NCBI GenBank assembly: GCA_016783545.1
Contig: JADHWJ010000001.1
Coordinates: 10,369 to 74,368, forward strand
DNA length: 64,000 bases
Direction of reading: 5' to 3'
Origin: Candidatus Aenigmatarchaeota archaeon
GTDB taxonomy: Archaea; Aenigmatarchaeota; Aenigmatarchaeia; QMZP01
Part shown: positions 38,667 to 48,433 of the stretch, one piece after another
How the letters are laid out: the number at the start of each line of letters is the position of its first letter
Position numbering within the stretch: position 1 is the stretch's first letter
Program-made: the position numbers and the translations under genes
Notes under the pieces: model-generated
The model's input: only the letters and a program-made list of their open reading frames with translations
Databases searched by the model: none
What the model was told of the DNA's origin: nothing

Positions 38667-38864
38667 TAGAGAATTCTAAGTTTTTTTGATTATAGTAGAT
38701 GTTGGAATACAGTATATAACATTGTTATATATAACCAAAAATCAGAGACCGTGTTAAATAAACATGATTTGGTTTAATCCACATCTCTTTTTTTATTTAC
38801 CAATTTTAATTGTTATTAGAATATCGATAAAACGTATTAAAACAAAAAACAATAAATAGAACAT

Positions 38865-39035
38865 ATGTTTGACATTAAATCTAAAATAGCAAACTGTAAG
38901 AGGGTTCTGCAGATAGCAAGGAAGCCTAGCAAGGACGAATTCATATCATCGAGTAAAGTAAGTGCTCTTGGTATGTTTGTGATAGGTATGATCGGCTTTG
39001 TAATATTCCTAGTGTTCGTATTTTTGCCCTTATAA
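38865..39035 (+). CDS. secE: protein translocase subunit SecE/Sec61-gamma
   Basis: Manual translation MFDIKSKIANCKRVLQIARKPSKDEF...GMFVIGMIGFVIF. Conserved position before spt5. Confidence 0.92.
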   Translation: MFDIKSKIANCKRVLQIARKPSKDEFISSSKVSALGMFVIGMIGFVIFLVFVFLPL

Positions 39036-39093
39036 ACCATTTAAATAAAAATTAATTGAATAATAATACAAATTAAGGAATTTTTTTGATTAC

Positions 39094-39618
39094 ATGATAT
39101 ACACATTAAGAACAACATCTGGAAGAGAGGACATTGTGATAGACCTATTAACAACGAAAATAAAGTCCCAGGGTCTTGGGGTAAATGCGATTTTCCACCC
39201 AGCTGAAATTAAGGGTTACATTTTCATAGAAGGTGATCTAAATTCAATACATAAGTCAATTCAGGGTTTAATGCATTCAAAGGGATTGATAGAAAAACCC
39301 GTTAAGCTAGCAGATCTTCAGCATTTCTTACAGAGAAAAACATCAAAAATAAAGATTGGTGTTGGTGACACTGTTGAGATTATTGGAGGACCTTTTAAGG
39401 GAGAAAAGGGGAAGATTACAAGGATTGATAAAGTAAAAGATGAAGTTACTGCAGAGCTTTTGGAGGCAACTATACCAATACCTGTTACAATTGCAACAGA
39501 ATTCGTGAAAGTAATAAAAAGAGTAAAACATGATGAAAAACTAGAAGATGAAGAAAAGGAAGAAAAGCCAAAAAAGAAGAAATTCAGTCTGGATGATTTG
39601 AAGGACCAGCTTGGATAA
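39094..39618 (+). CDS. spt5: transcription elongation factor Spt5/NusG
   Basis: RTTSGRE, KGYIFIE, KOW motif GDTVEIIGGPFKGEKGKI. Confidence 0.95.
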   Translation: MIYTLRTTSGREDIVIDLLTTKIKSQGLGVNAIFHPAEIKGYIFIEGDLNSIHKSIQGLMHSKGLIEKPVKLADLQHFLQRKTSKIKIGVGDTVEIIGGPFKGEKGKITRIDKVKDEVTAELLEATIPIPVTIATEFVKVIKRVKHDEKLEDEEKEEKPKKKKFSLDDLKDQLG

Positions 39619-39642
39619 CTTGAATGTAAGGACAGTGCTATT

Positions 39643-39918
39643 ATGACTGAAGATTTTGGCCAACCAAAAATAAAGTACACCATAACAAGAGACTTCTCAC
39701 AAAAAGTAGGGCATCAATATAAAGTTGTTTTTTATATAATGGGTAATAAGAAGCCAAAGGCAACGTTCAGAATATGCGAATGTGGTGCTAATGGTTTACT
39801 AGAAAGCATAAAAAAGAATTTAAATGCTATAATTGAAAATAAAGGAAGGGGAGCAGTTCCTGATGCAAAAGAAACCCCAAGTTCAGAAGATCAGGAACAT
39901 ACCAGATATATAGGATAG
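39643..39918 (+). CDS. hypothetical protein inside the r-protein cluster
   Basis: 91-aa co-oriented ORF between spt5 and rpl11, ending in RYIG. Confidence 0.6.
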   Translation: MTEDFGQPKIKYTITRDFSQKVGHQYKVVFYIMGNKKPKATFRICECGANGLLESIKKNLNAIIENKGRGAVPDAKETPSSEDQEHTRYIG

Positions 39919-39960
39919 CTTGACTGAAATGACAGGCTACAACGAATACAAGATGATAAT

Positions 39961-40503
39961 ATGGGCGAACAGACATTTGATTTACTGATTGAAGGAGGAA
40001 AAGCAACAGTCACACCTGCAATGGGACAGCAGCTTGGACCTTTAGGTGTTAATACAGGTGAAATTATAAATCAAATAAATGAAAAAACAAAAGAGCTTGC
40101 TGGTATACAGGTTCCTGTTAAACTTGTGGTTGATACTGGAACAAAAGAATTCTCAATAGATGTTGGAACACCACCTGTTTCTGCTTTGGTAAAAAAAGAG
40201 CTAGGTATTGATAAAGGTTCTGGGGAGACAGGTATATCAAGAGTTGGGGATTTAACAGAAGATCAAGTAGTGAAAATATCAAAAGCAAAATTCGGTTCAG
40301 ATTCTCCTGATTTAATTAGCCAGGTAAAAGGAACATGCAAAAGCATGGGTGTTTCCATAGGTCAGGGCGCTGTTACTGATGAGGAAATAAAGAAGGCAAC
40401 TGAGAAGAAGGAAGAGGCACCTGTAGAAGAAGAAGCACCAATAGAAGCACCAAAAGAAGAAAAGAAGGAAGAAAAGAAAAGAAGAGTGTTCAAGGGAAGA
40501 TAA
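39961..40503 (+). CDS. rpl11: ribosomal protein uL11
   Basis: EGGKAT..P.MG..LGPLGVN, VGTPPVSALVKKELG, GTCKSMGV. Confidence 0.95.
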   Translation: MGEQTFDLLIEGGKATVTPAMGQQLGPLGVNTGEIINQINEKTKELAGIQVPVKLVVDTGTKEFSIDVGTPPVSALVKKELGIDKGSGETGISRVGDLTEDQVVKISKAKFGSDSPDLISQVKGTCKSMGVSIGQGAVTDEEIKKATEKKEEAPVEEEAPIEAPKEEKKEEKKRRVFKGR

Positions 40504-40544
40504 GCTTCAGTAAAAGAAACCTTTAAAAAAGTTATTTCTAAAGA

Positions 40545-41027
40545 ATGCCTATGGGAATGTGGAATAATATCTTTTGGGCAGTTTTTATCCTAATATTGAT
40601 ATCATTAATTGCAACCGTTCTAACCGGATTTCTGTATGTCTACATGTTCTTCGGCCTCTTTACCATAATAGTTGGTATCCAAATGCTTTCCCTGGAATTC
40701 CAGGAAAGGAGAATAAAAAATAGACAGGAAGAGCTAAGAGTTGCGATTAATAGAGTTATACGCTGGGTGAATCAGAATTATCGACAGGAAAAACCAAAAG
40801 ATAGGGTAAGTGAATTAACTGAAAAGAAAAAAGAGCTCCTAAATGAAGTGGAAAACAGGAACAGGTTGATAATAAAGAAAATGCTTGAACTGGAAAATAA
40901 ACTAAATGAGGTATCAAAAGCATTTGCTTCCAAAGAAACTGTTCGGAGTGGAAAGGGAGATAACAGGATTATAAAATCCGGGGAAAAGGGCGAAACCGTA
41001 TATGTACACGAAGAGGAATTGATATAA
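40545..41027 (+). CDS. hypothetical membrane protein (2 TM plus coiled coil)
   Basis: Hydrophobic N-terminus followed by a heptad-rich region. Confidence 0.65.
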   Translation: MPMGMWNNIFWAVFILILISLIATVLTGFLYVYMFFGLFTIIVGIQMLSLEFQERRIKNRQEELRVAINRVIRWVNQNYRQEKPKDRVSELTEKKKELLNEVENRNRLIIKKMLELENKLNEVSKAFASKETVRSGKGDNRIIKSGEKGETVYVHEEELI

Positions 41028-41058
41028 GCTTTAAAAGCCTTTTATGCATATAATTATC

Positions 41059-41110
41059 TATCCGTTAAAGCATCTCAATGGTGCTGGCACTACTTTCGAG
41101 TAGGAGGATA
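41059..41110 (+). promoter_or_regulatory. putative structured uL1-binding leader overlapping the rpl1 RBS
   Basis: TATC-C-GTTAAA ... GGAG-GATA closing pair, with internal hairpins agcatc/ggtgct and ctact-ttcg-agtag. Confidence 0.45.
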
Positions 41111-41112
41111 TT

Positions 41113-41958
41113 ATGACAGATGAAAAAAAGAAAAATAAAAAGAAAAATGAAAAAAAGAAAAATGAAAAAAAGAAAAAAGAAAAGAAGGAAAAACCTATTT
41201 CTAAACAAAAAACTACTGTTAAAAAAGAAGAACCGAAAAAACAAAATCCACCAAAAAAAGCTGTTAAACCCAAACCTGAAAAGAAAGAAGCCCCATTAAA
41301 AGAAGCTCAGACAGGTGTTTTCAAAACAAAAACATTCGAAGAAGCAATTAAATCGGCAAGGGAAGCCTCTAAAAAGAGAAAATTTAACCAGACCTGGGAT
41401 CTTATAGTTAACTTAAAGAACATTAATTTGAAGAAAGAGGTAGAGAATAGGTTCAATTTAGACCACCTTTTGCCAGAAGGCCGAGGAGAGGGCTTAAAGG
41501 TCGCTGTTATAGCTGATTCTCTGGCATCGAAGGCAGGAAAATGCGCAGACCTTGTTGTTAGAAAGCAAGAAATCCCTTCCATTTCCAAAGATAAAAAAAA
41601 GCTTAAAAATATTGCAGAATCTTATGATTTTTTCTACGCAGAGGCAACTTTGATGATAGATGTTGCTAAAAATTTCGGTGCTATATTAGGTCCAAGAGGA
41701 AAGATGGCAAAACCAATACCACCTAATGTAGATGTTGAACCTTTTGTGAAAAGAGCAAAAAGACTAACAAAGCTCAAATTGAGTGAAATACCTGTTGTGT
41801 ATGTTGCTATTGGAAAAGAGGATATGGCTGATGAAAAAATAGCAAAGAATGTAGAATCTGTCTATGGTGTTATAACTGAGAAAATGCCAAAGGGAAAAGA
41901 AAACATAAAATCAGTCTACTTAAAATTGACAATGGGAAAACCTATAAGGGTGATCTAA
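41113..41958 (+). CDS. rpl1: ribosomal protein uL1 with Lys-rich N-terminal extension
   Basis: KKRKFNQTWDLIVNLK, LGPRGKM, KSVYLKLTMGKPI. Confidence 0.95.
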   Translation: MTDEKKKNKKKNEKKKNEKKKKEKKEKPISKQKTTVKKEEPKKQNPPKKAVKPKPEKKEAPLKEAQTGVFKTKTFEEAIKSAREASKKRKFNQTWDLIVNLKNINLKKEVENRFNLDHLLPEGRGEGLKVAVIADSLASKAGKCADLVVRKQEIPSISKDKKKLKNIAESYDFFYAEATLMIDVAKNFGAILGPRGKMAKPIPPNVDVEPFVKRAKRLTKLKLSEIPVVYVAIGKEDMADEKIAKNVESVYGVITEKMPKGKENIKSVYLKLTMGKPIRVI

Positions 41959-42800
41959 TGGTTTCAAAGAAAAAACTCCAGGTAGTGAAGGAAATGAAAG
42001 AAGAGATGAAAAAATATCCAGTGATAGGGCTATTGGATATGCATAAAATGCCTGCAAGGCAACTACATGAGATAAGGAATAGTCTAAGGGGAGATGTTGT
42101 TATAAGAATGGTAAAGAAAAGGCTGATTAAACTCATACTTAAAGAATCAAAACTCAATGGCGCGGAAAAGATTGAAGACTATATTCAAGGAGAGCCTGCG
42201 TTTTTATTGAGTGGAATAAATCCGTTCAAGCTTGCCAGGACACTGGAAAAGAATAAATCAAAGGCAGCTGCAAAGCCAGGAGACATAGCGCCCAAGGAAA
42301 TGATTATTCCAGCAGGACCGACCCCTCTTGCAGCAGGACCTGCAATAGGAGAGCTGCAGAAAATAGGTTTGCAGGCCACAGTTCAGGATGGTAAGATAGC
42401 TGTTAGAGTGGATAAAGTTGTTGCAAAAGAAGGTGAAGAAATAACAGAGGATGTTGCATCTGTGTTAGGCAAATTAGGAATAGAGCCAATGGAAATAGGG
42501 CTTAACTTAGTCTGTACATGGGAAAATGGAACAATTTATGAAAAGGATATATTGTTTGTTCCGTTGGAACAGTATGAGGAAGATATAAAAACCTCTGTAT
42601 CAAACGCTTTTAATCTTGCTGTTAATATAAATTATCCGACAGCAGAAACCATAGGGCTTTTGCTTTCAAAGGCGCATTCAGAATCATTGTCATTGGCAAA
42701 GGAAGCCAATATTATAACCCCGGAGACTGTTGGGAATGTTTTGGCTAAGGCTAAGGCAGAAGCAGAGGCTCTGGAAAAAAAGACTAATGCTCAAAAATGA
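41958..42800 (+). CDS. rpl10: ribosomal protein uL10 (P0)
   Basis: MPARQLHEIR, AKPGDIAP, GPTPLAAGPAIGEL, LGIEPMEIGL. Confidence 0.95.
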   Translation: MVSKKKLQVVKEMKEEMKKYPVIGLLDMHKMPARQLHEIRNSLRGDVVIRMVKKRLIKLILKESKLNGAEKIEDYIQGEPAFLLSGINPFKLARTLEKNKSKAAAKPGDIAPKEMIIPAGPTPLAAGPAIGELQKIGLQATVQDGKIAVRVDKVVAKEGEEITEDVASVLGKLGIEPMEIGLNLVCTWENGTIYEKDILFVPLEQYEEDIKTSVSNAFNLAVNINYPTAETIGLLLSKAHSESLSLAKEANIITPETVGNVLAKAKAEAEALEKKTNAQK

Positions 42801-42822
42801 TGAGATAAATATAGGAGGTAAT

Positions 42823-43239
42823 ATGAAAGAAGAAAAAGAGGTTGTAACTGCAGGAGAAGACGCACAAAAGCCAGCTGAAGCACCAGAGAAGAAAGAAGAG
42901 TCAAAAAAAGGGAATGCTGAGGCACCGGCAACGAAAAAACCAAATTATGTCTACCTTGCACTATTTTTACATTCTGCTAACAAAGAGATAACTGAAGAGA
43001 ACATAAAAAAACTTTCTGATTCTATAGGCGAAAAAGCAGACGATGCGCAATTAAAGGCACTGGTTTCAAGTCTTGAAGGAATTGATATAAATGATGCAAT
43101 AAGCCAGGCAATTGCAGCACCCGCAGCAGCAGCTCCAGTAGGAGAAGTGAAAGAAGAAAAGAAAGAGGAAAAGAAAGAAGAAGACGCTGAAAAGAAATCA
43201 GAAGAAGCTGCAGCAGGACTGAGTTCTCTATTTAGTTAA
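42823..43239 (+). CDS. rpl12: ribosomal stalk protein P1/L12
   Basis: YVYLALFLHSANKEITEENI, acidic hinge, AAAGLSSLF, with GGAGGT RBS before ATG 42823. Confidence 0.93.
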   Translation: MKEEKEVVTAGEDAQKPAEAPEKKEESKKGNAEAPATKKPNYVYLALFLHSANKEITEENIKKLSDSIGEKADDAQLKALVSSLEGIDINDAISQAIAAPAAAAPVGEVKEEKKEEKKEEDAEKKSEEAAAGLSSLFS

Positions 43240-43302
43240 GATATTGTTCACTGATCAGATGAGATGACGTGAATTTTTAGTTTTTAGAATGTTTTTATTC
43301 TG

Positions 43303-46300
43303 TTAGGCAACTTTATGGTTTAGAGCAGGCGGAGTTTTAGCAGCAGGAAGTACACCACCAGGTCCATGAGCGTGAGGTGGTATGCCAGTTCCAGTCGGCT
43401 TGTCTGCTCCAGCACCGCCCGCACCTGTTCCAGGAGAGATTGCCCATATCATGGCAACTATACAAAGCAGGGAGAGTATGCTGCTCAATCCCATCATGTC
43501 GTTTCCAAAATCCCCATGACTGCTTATACCACCTCTCAACCCGTCTACATTATCTGCATTACAAAGCGACTCCTTTGATTTTTTCAGCTGATCCAGCTCT
43601 TGTTTGGCCTCTTCATATTTTGTCAGGGCGTCTGAAGCAAGGCAGAGAAGGATTGCTGTTGCAAACCTGCAGTACCAAGGAGCGGTCTCGCCCTTATCAA
43701 GAGCTGCTTGGCACACCGCATAGATAATAACAACAGCTGAGATATATTGAGTGAATTCTTCTTTTCTCTTGTCAATTTCGTCTTCTAAATCATCAATATC
43801 AGCTTTAGTTTTTTCACAGTTTATATAATCCAGACTCTTGTTGCCTTTGATTATCAAAGTCCCAGTGGCAGAAAGGTCTCGTGTTGAAACAGTTTCTCCT
43901 TCTTTGTATTCTACTGTAACAAACAAACTGAGAGATCTGTTAACCTTCCTGAGTGCCCTTAACCCATTTTCTATAACAGGTGGTAGTATGGGACATGATA
44001 TATTAATGCTCTGGTTTGTTGAATTAAGTACACTGCAATATGTTTCAGAAATATCACTATCATTGAATTGATATGAACTGCTCTTGAGCTTGGTAAAGCC
44101 TGCAGGAGGATTTTGTATCAGTGCGCTCACCTCAAATGATTGAGTCGATACACATTGCTTTTTCAAATTCACTGAACATTCAATAGGGTTTGGTATATAC
44201 ATATTCAATAGCATTGAATCACTGCTTATACATTCTCCATTCTCTTTAGCACCATTATAACAGAATTGTTCACCCGGACAACCGCAATCCAGACAGCAGG
44301 TGCCTGCTGACTCTCCGACATCATTTTCACATTTACCATCACCGCAATGCGGAATGGGTTTGATTGTAAACAACGGCAGGTCTGCTCTTAGTGTGCCTCC
44401 AACTGTTTTGTCACCGTTATTAAATCTTATCCAAAAGCTAAGGTTTCCTGGTGGAAACCTGACTATACCATTAGGTCTATCAAATAATTGTGAGGTGTTA
44501 TAATCTACTGTGGGTAGCGTCAAATTGCACGCAAAACGCACATCCCCGATTTCTTCACATTCAACAGTACAGGGAACATCATCATCAAACTCGCATGTGG
44601 AACTAGTGAAAATGAACCCTTCTGGTGGCTTTTCAACCATAACAGTCATTTTTGATTTATGATGTATTGTTGTATCCTCAAAATCTTTTTTATCATACTC
44701 TTCAATAATCAATCTTATTTGGGATTTTAACTCACAGCTATCTCCTGGTGTAAATCCCCCCAAATCTTGAGTACTGCAATAATAACCATCATCACACCCA
44801 CAATCATAGCAGCAATTGTTGCTGGTCTCCCACGGTTCATCACAAATTCTATTCCCGCATTGCATCAAACCTATTGAAATGCCTGGTGCAGAAGCTTCCA
44901 GTCGTTTCAAGAGAGCTCCATGTGTACCATCCATGTAGCTTATATTAACAGCTATATCTGGGTTCAATGTATATACTTTTGAAGAATTATATTCAAGCAC
45001 CTGAAATCTTAATGAACATGTCGCATTGTATATGTTTGTATCAGAACTAGGAAGCCCAGAGCATGTTAGTGTGCATGTGGATATGCAGGGAGTTCTGTCA
45101 GCAGTGCATTCAGTTGAACATGTTGTAGAAACAACGCTCATTGTTTTTGGTTTGTTTTGTATATTGATTAATAGATTTACAATTTCTGTGGAAGTTCCTT
45201 TATAGAATGAAAGTGGATTGGCTTCAATAATTACAAGATCACTGTCTATTGGATCTAACCTGCATTCAGCTTGTGTATGATCAGAGACATTATAATCACA
45301 ATAACCTGTTACACAATCACAATCATAGCAGGAATTCTGCTCGTTTTCTCCTAAATCTCTTTGACATTCTCCATCGGCTGGAAACCAGCTAACAACTGTT
45401 ATATCATCAAAATTCCCTTCTAATGTTTTATAAACAGTATCAGCACCATCTGGAAAATTTGTATCCATAACAAGACTGTTAGGTCCTATTGTAAATGTAC
45501 CAGAATCACAATCTGGATCAGCAAATAATGTTATATTACATTTGTATACTTCCCTAACCTTTGCACATGTTGTTGGTAGTGTGGTTTGGTTCAGCCTATA
45601 CATTACACTGTCAAGGTTTATACCACTTGGTTCATTGTCAATAATAACAGAGAGCTCTATCTCATTATCAACTTTGCAGTTAGTTATGCCTGTATTTCCA
45701 GATATGCTAAGCGTTATGCTATCAAGATCTTTACACCCCTTTCCTATATCACAATAATCACTTTCAACACCACAGCCGCAATCAAGACAGCAGTTTACAG
45801 AATTTTCCCCAATACTACCTTCGCATTTCTCACCAGGTGAATCATACCCGGGTCCAAATCCACAGTGATAGTCTGTTACATTATGCAAAGTAATGGGGTT
45901 GTATACACCATTATCATTTTCAGAGAAAACAACCCAGAAATCAGCATCAATTGTCTCTACAGCACTTGCATAACTTTCAGATGTTCTGAAACTGGCAGAG
46001 TCCATTTCAGCTTCATCTCCTTTGATTATATACAATTTGTTACTGTCTGCAAAAACAGCCCTTTCTGTGATATCAGAACGGAAAGGAACTATTTCATTAA
46101 TCCTAACAAAGTCCCTTATGAAACTAAACCTTCCGATTGAATTTGTGTATAAGTTGACTCTATCCAGCTCTCTATTGACTTTGAATAGAACACTTCCTGT
46201 TTTCATTACTTCTTCCCAAAACCCAATCCAGCCAACAGCGCCGCCAACCCTTGTTTTAACAAGCATGAGGATGTTTGCCACATCATCACTTGATATATCA

Positions 46301-46614
46301 GAAAATGGATAAGTTTTTAAGAAATCACCTGAAGAAGAATCATAATCTCCAGCATCTATGCATTCTTTTGGATTTTTATCCGTGCATTTATACACCTGGA
46401 CCTTTTCGATATTGTCTCCCCCCAAAGAGACTGAAACATCATTTCCGTTTAAAGAAATTGATTTAGTTGCTATATCCCCTGGATTTAATTGAACTGTATC
46501 AGAACTCACTCCATAAATCATATTGATTTCAGTTGCGAAAGCAAATGGCATTGAAAAAATTAAATATGTCATGGATATTGCAAACACTTCGAGTATCATT
46601 ATTTTATAATTCAT
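43303..46614 (-). CDS. large secreted protein with four CG..C.E....CC.DCGC repeats and a hydrophobic C-terminus
   Basis: Signal peptide, repeated Cys motif alternating with beta domains, coiled coil plus hydrophobic segments at the C-terminus. Confidence 0.78.
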   Translation of the reverse strand: MNYKIMILEVFAISMTYLIFSMPFAFATEINMIYGVSSDTVQLNPGDIATKSISLNGNDVSVSLGGDNIEKVQVYKCTDKNPKECIDAGDYDSSSGDFLKTYPFSDISSDDVANILMLVKTRVGGAVGWIGFWEEVMKTGSVLFKVNRELDRVNLYTNSIGRFSFIRDFVRINEIVPFRSDITERAVFADSNKLYIIKGDEAEMDSASFRTSESYASAVETIDADFWVVFSENDNGVYNPITLHNVTDYHCGFGPGYDSPGEKCEGSIGENSVNCCLDCGCGVESDYCDIGKGCKDLDSITLSISGNTGITNCKVDNEIELSVIIDNEPSGINLDSVMYRLNQTTLPTTCAKVREVYKCNITLFADPDCDSGTFTIGPNSLVMDTNFPDGADTVYKTLEGNFDDITVVSWFPADGECQRDLGENEQNSCYDCDCVTGYCDYNVSDHTQAECRLDPIDSDLVIIEANPLSFYKGTSTEIVNLLINIQNKPKTMSVVSTTCSTECTADRTPCISTCTLTCSGLPSSDTNIYNATCSLRFQVLEYNSSKVYTLNPDIAVNISYMDGTHGALLKRLEASAPGISIGLMQCGNRICDEPWETSNNCCYDCGCDDGYYCSTQDLGGFTPGDSCELKSQIRLIIEEYDKKDFEDTTIHHKSKMTVMVEKPPEGFIFTSSTCEFDDDVPCTVECEEIGDVRFACNLTLPTVDYNTSQLFDRPNGIVRFPPGNLSFWIRFNNGDKTVGGTLRADLPLFTIKPIPHCGDGKCENDVGESAGTCCLDCGCPGEQFCYNGAKENGECISSDSMLLNMYIPNPIECSVNLKKQCVSTQSFEVSALIQNPPAGFTKLKSSSYQFNDSDISETYCSVLNSTNQSINISCPILPPVIENGLRALRKVNRSLSLFVTVEYKEGETVSTRDLSATGTLIIKGNKSLDYINCEKTKADIDDLEDEIDKRKEEFTQYISAVVIIYAVCQAALDKGETAPWYCRFATAILLCLASDALTKYEEAKQELDQLKKSKESLCNADNVDGLRGGISSHGDFGNDMMGLSSILSLLCIVAMIWAISPGTGAGGAGADKPTGTGIPPHAHGPGGVLPAAKTPPALNHKVA

Positions 46615-48362
46615 TTAATTACACCTCCACAGTTATCTTCTACCATCTCCACGAGCTCTGTTGCATCAAAGCCTGTTTCTGATTTTGGTATATAGGCATC
46701 AAGGCTTGAGCTTACAGAGAATTCATGTTCTTTCAAAAACTCACCTAACAGTAAACCACTTTCAGCATCTGAAGCTGTTGCTTTAACTACATATGTTCCA
46801 GGGGCATATCTCAGAGTTAATGAAGTGGTTAAGCATTTTGAAATACATCCATCAGGGTCAGGTCCAGCTAAACATAAAGAAAAGCACTCAGCATCCACAT
46901 TTGTTGCAGAAGAATCATCAAGATTAATCTCAACCAGTGCTTTCTCATCCCTGACATCTGTTACAGCGCAATCTAATGCGTTAATCATCTGCAAATTGAA
47001 CAGAACTGTTTCAGATTCCTTTCTTACTAGCTCAAGTTCCAGATCTTCAAGGTCATCAGAATCAAAAGCATCTCTAAATGGATCATATCCCTCTTTATTT
47101 ACATAGAGCATATCAATACCGCATTTTACAGAACCCTCTACAATACCCCTGGAATTTGTTGTTCCAATAGGACAATCACCAAACTGTACACGCGCACCGA
47201 AAACAGGCTCCCCTAAATCATTTTCCATTGTTATTTTAGCACTGCAGTCAAGATTGACACAATCATCTTCAATAGGATCTAAATCCAAATTGCATTCGCC
47301 TTCGTCTGGTTCCAATCCGTCAATTCCTACCAACAGCGCAAAATGAAATGCGTGTCCAGAGAGCTTATCATCAACCCTTAAAACAAGAGGATAATATAAT
47401 GAATAATAATGTTCGTATATGGTAAGGCATTGCTGGAAATCAAGTCCGCTGTATCCTGGATCAACTTCATGATCGCCATCATCACAAATTTTCACTGGCC
47501 TATCAACTTCTATTTCGAACCCATCTGATTCAAAAAATCTTATCTGAAGATCTGGATATGTTCTACCGCCCAAATCTTCAATTCCAAATGTCATAGCACC
47601 TTCTGGTGAAGGCTGAATATCTCTCCACCAAAAAGTATTAGTAACCACAAAATCAACAATATTTTCCATTAGTGTTGATACCTGCTCCTTTGAGAGATAT
47701 ATACACTCATCACATTCCATTATAAGCCCTTGCATAGGAAGGAAGCTACTTGACATGTAAAAACCAGTTATTGTAAACCAATCAAAATATCTTTCATTAA
47801 TATTATCATTGACAAGATCATTTGAGAAATCAATTATTCTTCCAAGACTTGAGGAGATGGTGATTTCATATGGTTCAGTTATAAGATAACCGTCTATTTT
47901 TGTTGGTATAGTGGCAGTAAATACAATTTTATTATCCAATATATTCGCAGAAACAACAACGTCTGATAAGTCGAATTCCACTCTCTCCCCAACATCGTTT
48001 GTTAAAGTATTTATTATATAATTTTTAACACCCTCTTCGAGTCTAACTTTAAAAGTACCTTTTGAAACCGTTATCTTCTCACCACATCTCTGCCAATAAG
48101 GAACAACTATACCTGCAAATAAGACGCTTCTATCTAGTGGTGGATCAAAATAACCGCCATGTATGCTTAGATATTCAAGAGACATGTCCGCACCTTCAGT
48201 GATAACGTCTTTAACAGACTCTCTGACAAATTTCTCCCTTTGCATTATACTATACGGTATTGTGGTTGGTTTAAGAACATCTGTCTGCATTGCAAAGAAT
48301 ATGGCCAATACAGCGATTACAACAATGCCCATGATAAAATAAATAGTACTTTGAGATTTCAT
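46611..48362 (-). CDS. class III signal peptide surface protein with carboxypeptidase-regulatory-like domain
   Basis: MKS|QSTIYFIMGIVVI, GGYF, VPYW, GEPVFGARV...GTTNSRG...KEGY. Confidence 0.75.
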   Translation of the reverse strand: MKSQSTIYFIMGIVVIAVLAIFFAMQTDVLKPTTIPYSIMQREKFVRESVKDVITEGADMSLEYLSIHGGYFDPPLDRSVLFAGIVVPYWQRCGEKITVSKGTFKVRLEEGVKNYIINTLTNDVGERVEFDLSDVVVSANILDNKIVFTATIPTKIDGYLITEPYEITISSSLGRIIDFSNDLVNDNINERYFDWFTITGFYMSSSFLPMQGLIMECDECIYLSKEQVSTLMENIVDFVVTNTFWWRDIQPSPEGAMTFGIEDLGGRTYPDLQIRFFESDGFEIEVDRPVKICDDGDHEVDPGYSGLDFQQCLTIYEHYYSLYYPLVLRVDDKLSGHAFHFALLVGIDGLEPDEGECNLDLDPIEDDCVNLDCSAKITMENDLGEPVFGARVQFGDCPIGTTNSRGIVEGSVKCGIDMLYVNKEGYDPFRDAFDSDDLEDLELELVRKESETVLFNLQMINALDCAVTDVRDEKALVEINLDDSSATNVDAECFSLCLAGPDPDGCISKCLTTSLTLRYAPGTYVVKATASDAESGLLLGEFLKEHEFSVSSSLDAYIPKSETGFDATELVEMVEDNCGGVIK

Positions 48363-48433
48363 GTGAAACATTCTTATCAATTATTTATTGTTTACCACGC
48401 AATAAATATATAATTAATAGAAAGAGATGTCTT

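Noticed and set aside
38837-39040. 67-aa minus-strand ORF
   Set aside because: Antisense shadow of secE (38865-39035, +)
43240-43300. Possible C/D box sRNA or hammerhead after rpl12 (ctga/atga words)
   Set aside because: Box order and catalytic core do not fit. A ttcac/gtgaa hairpin with T runs between convergent genes is more likely a terminator.
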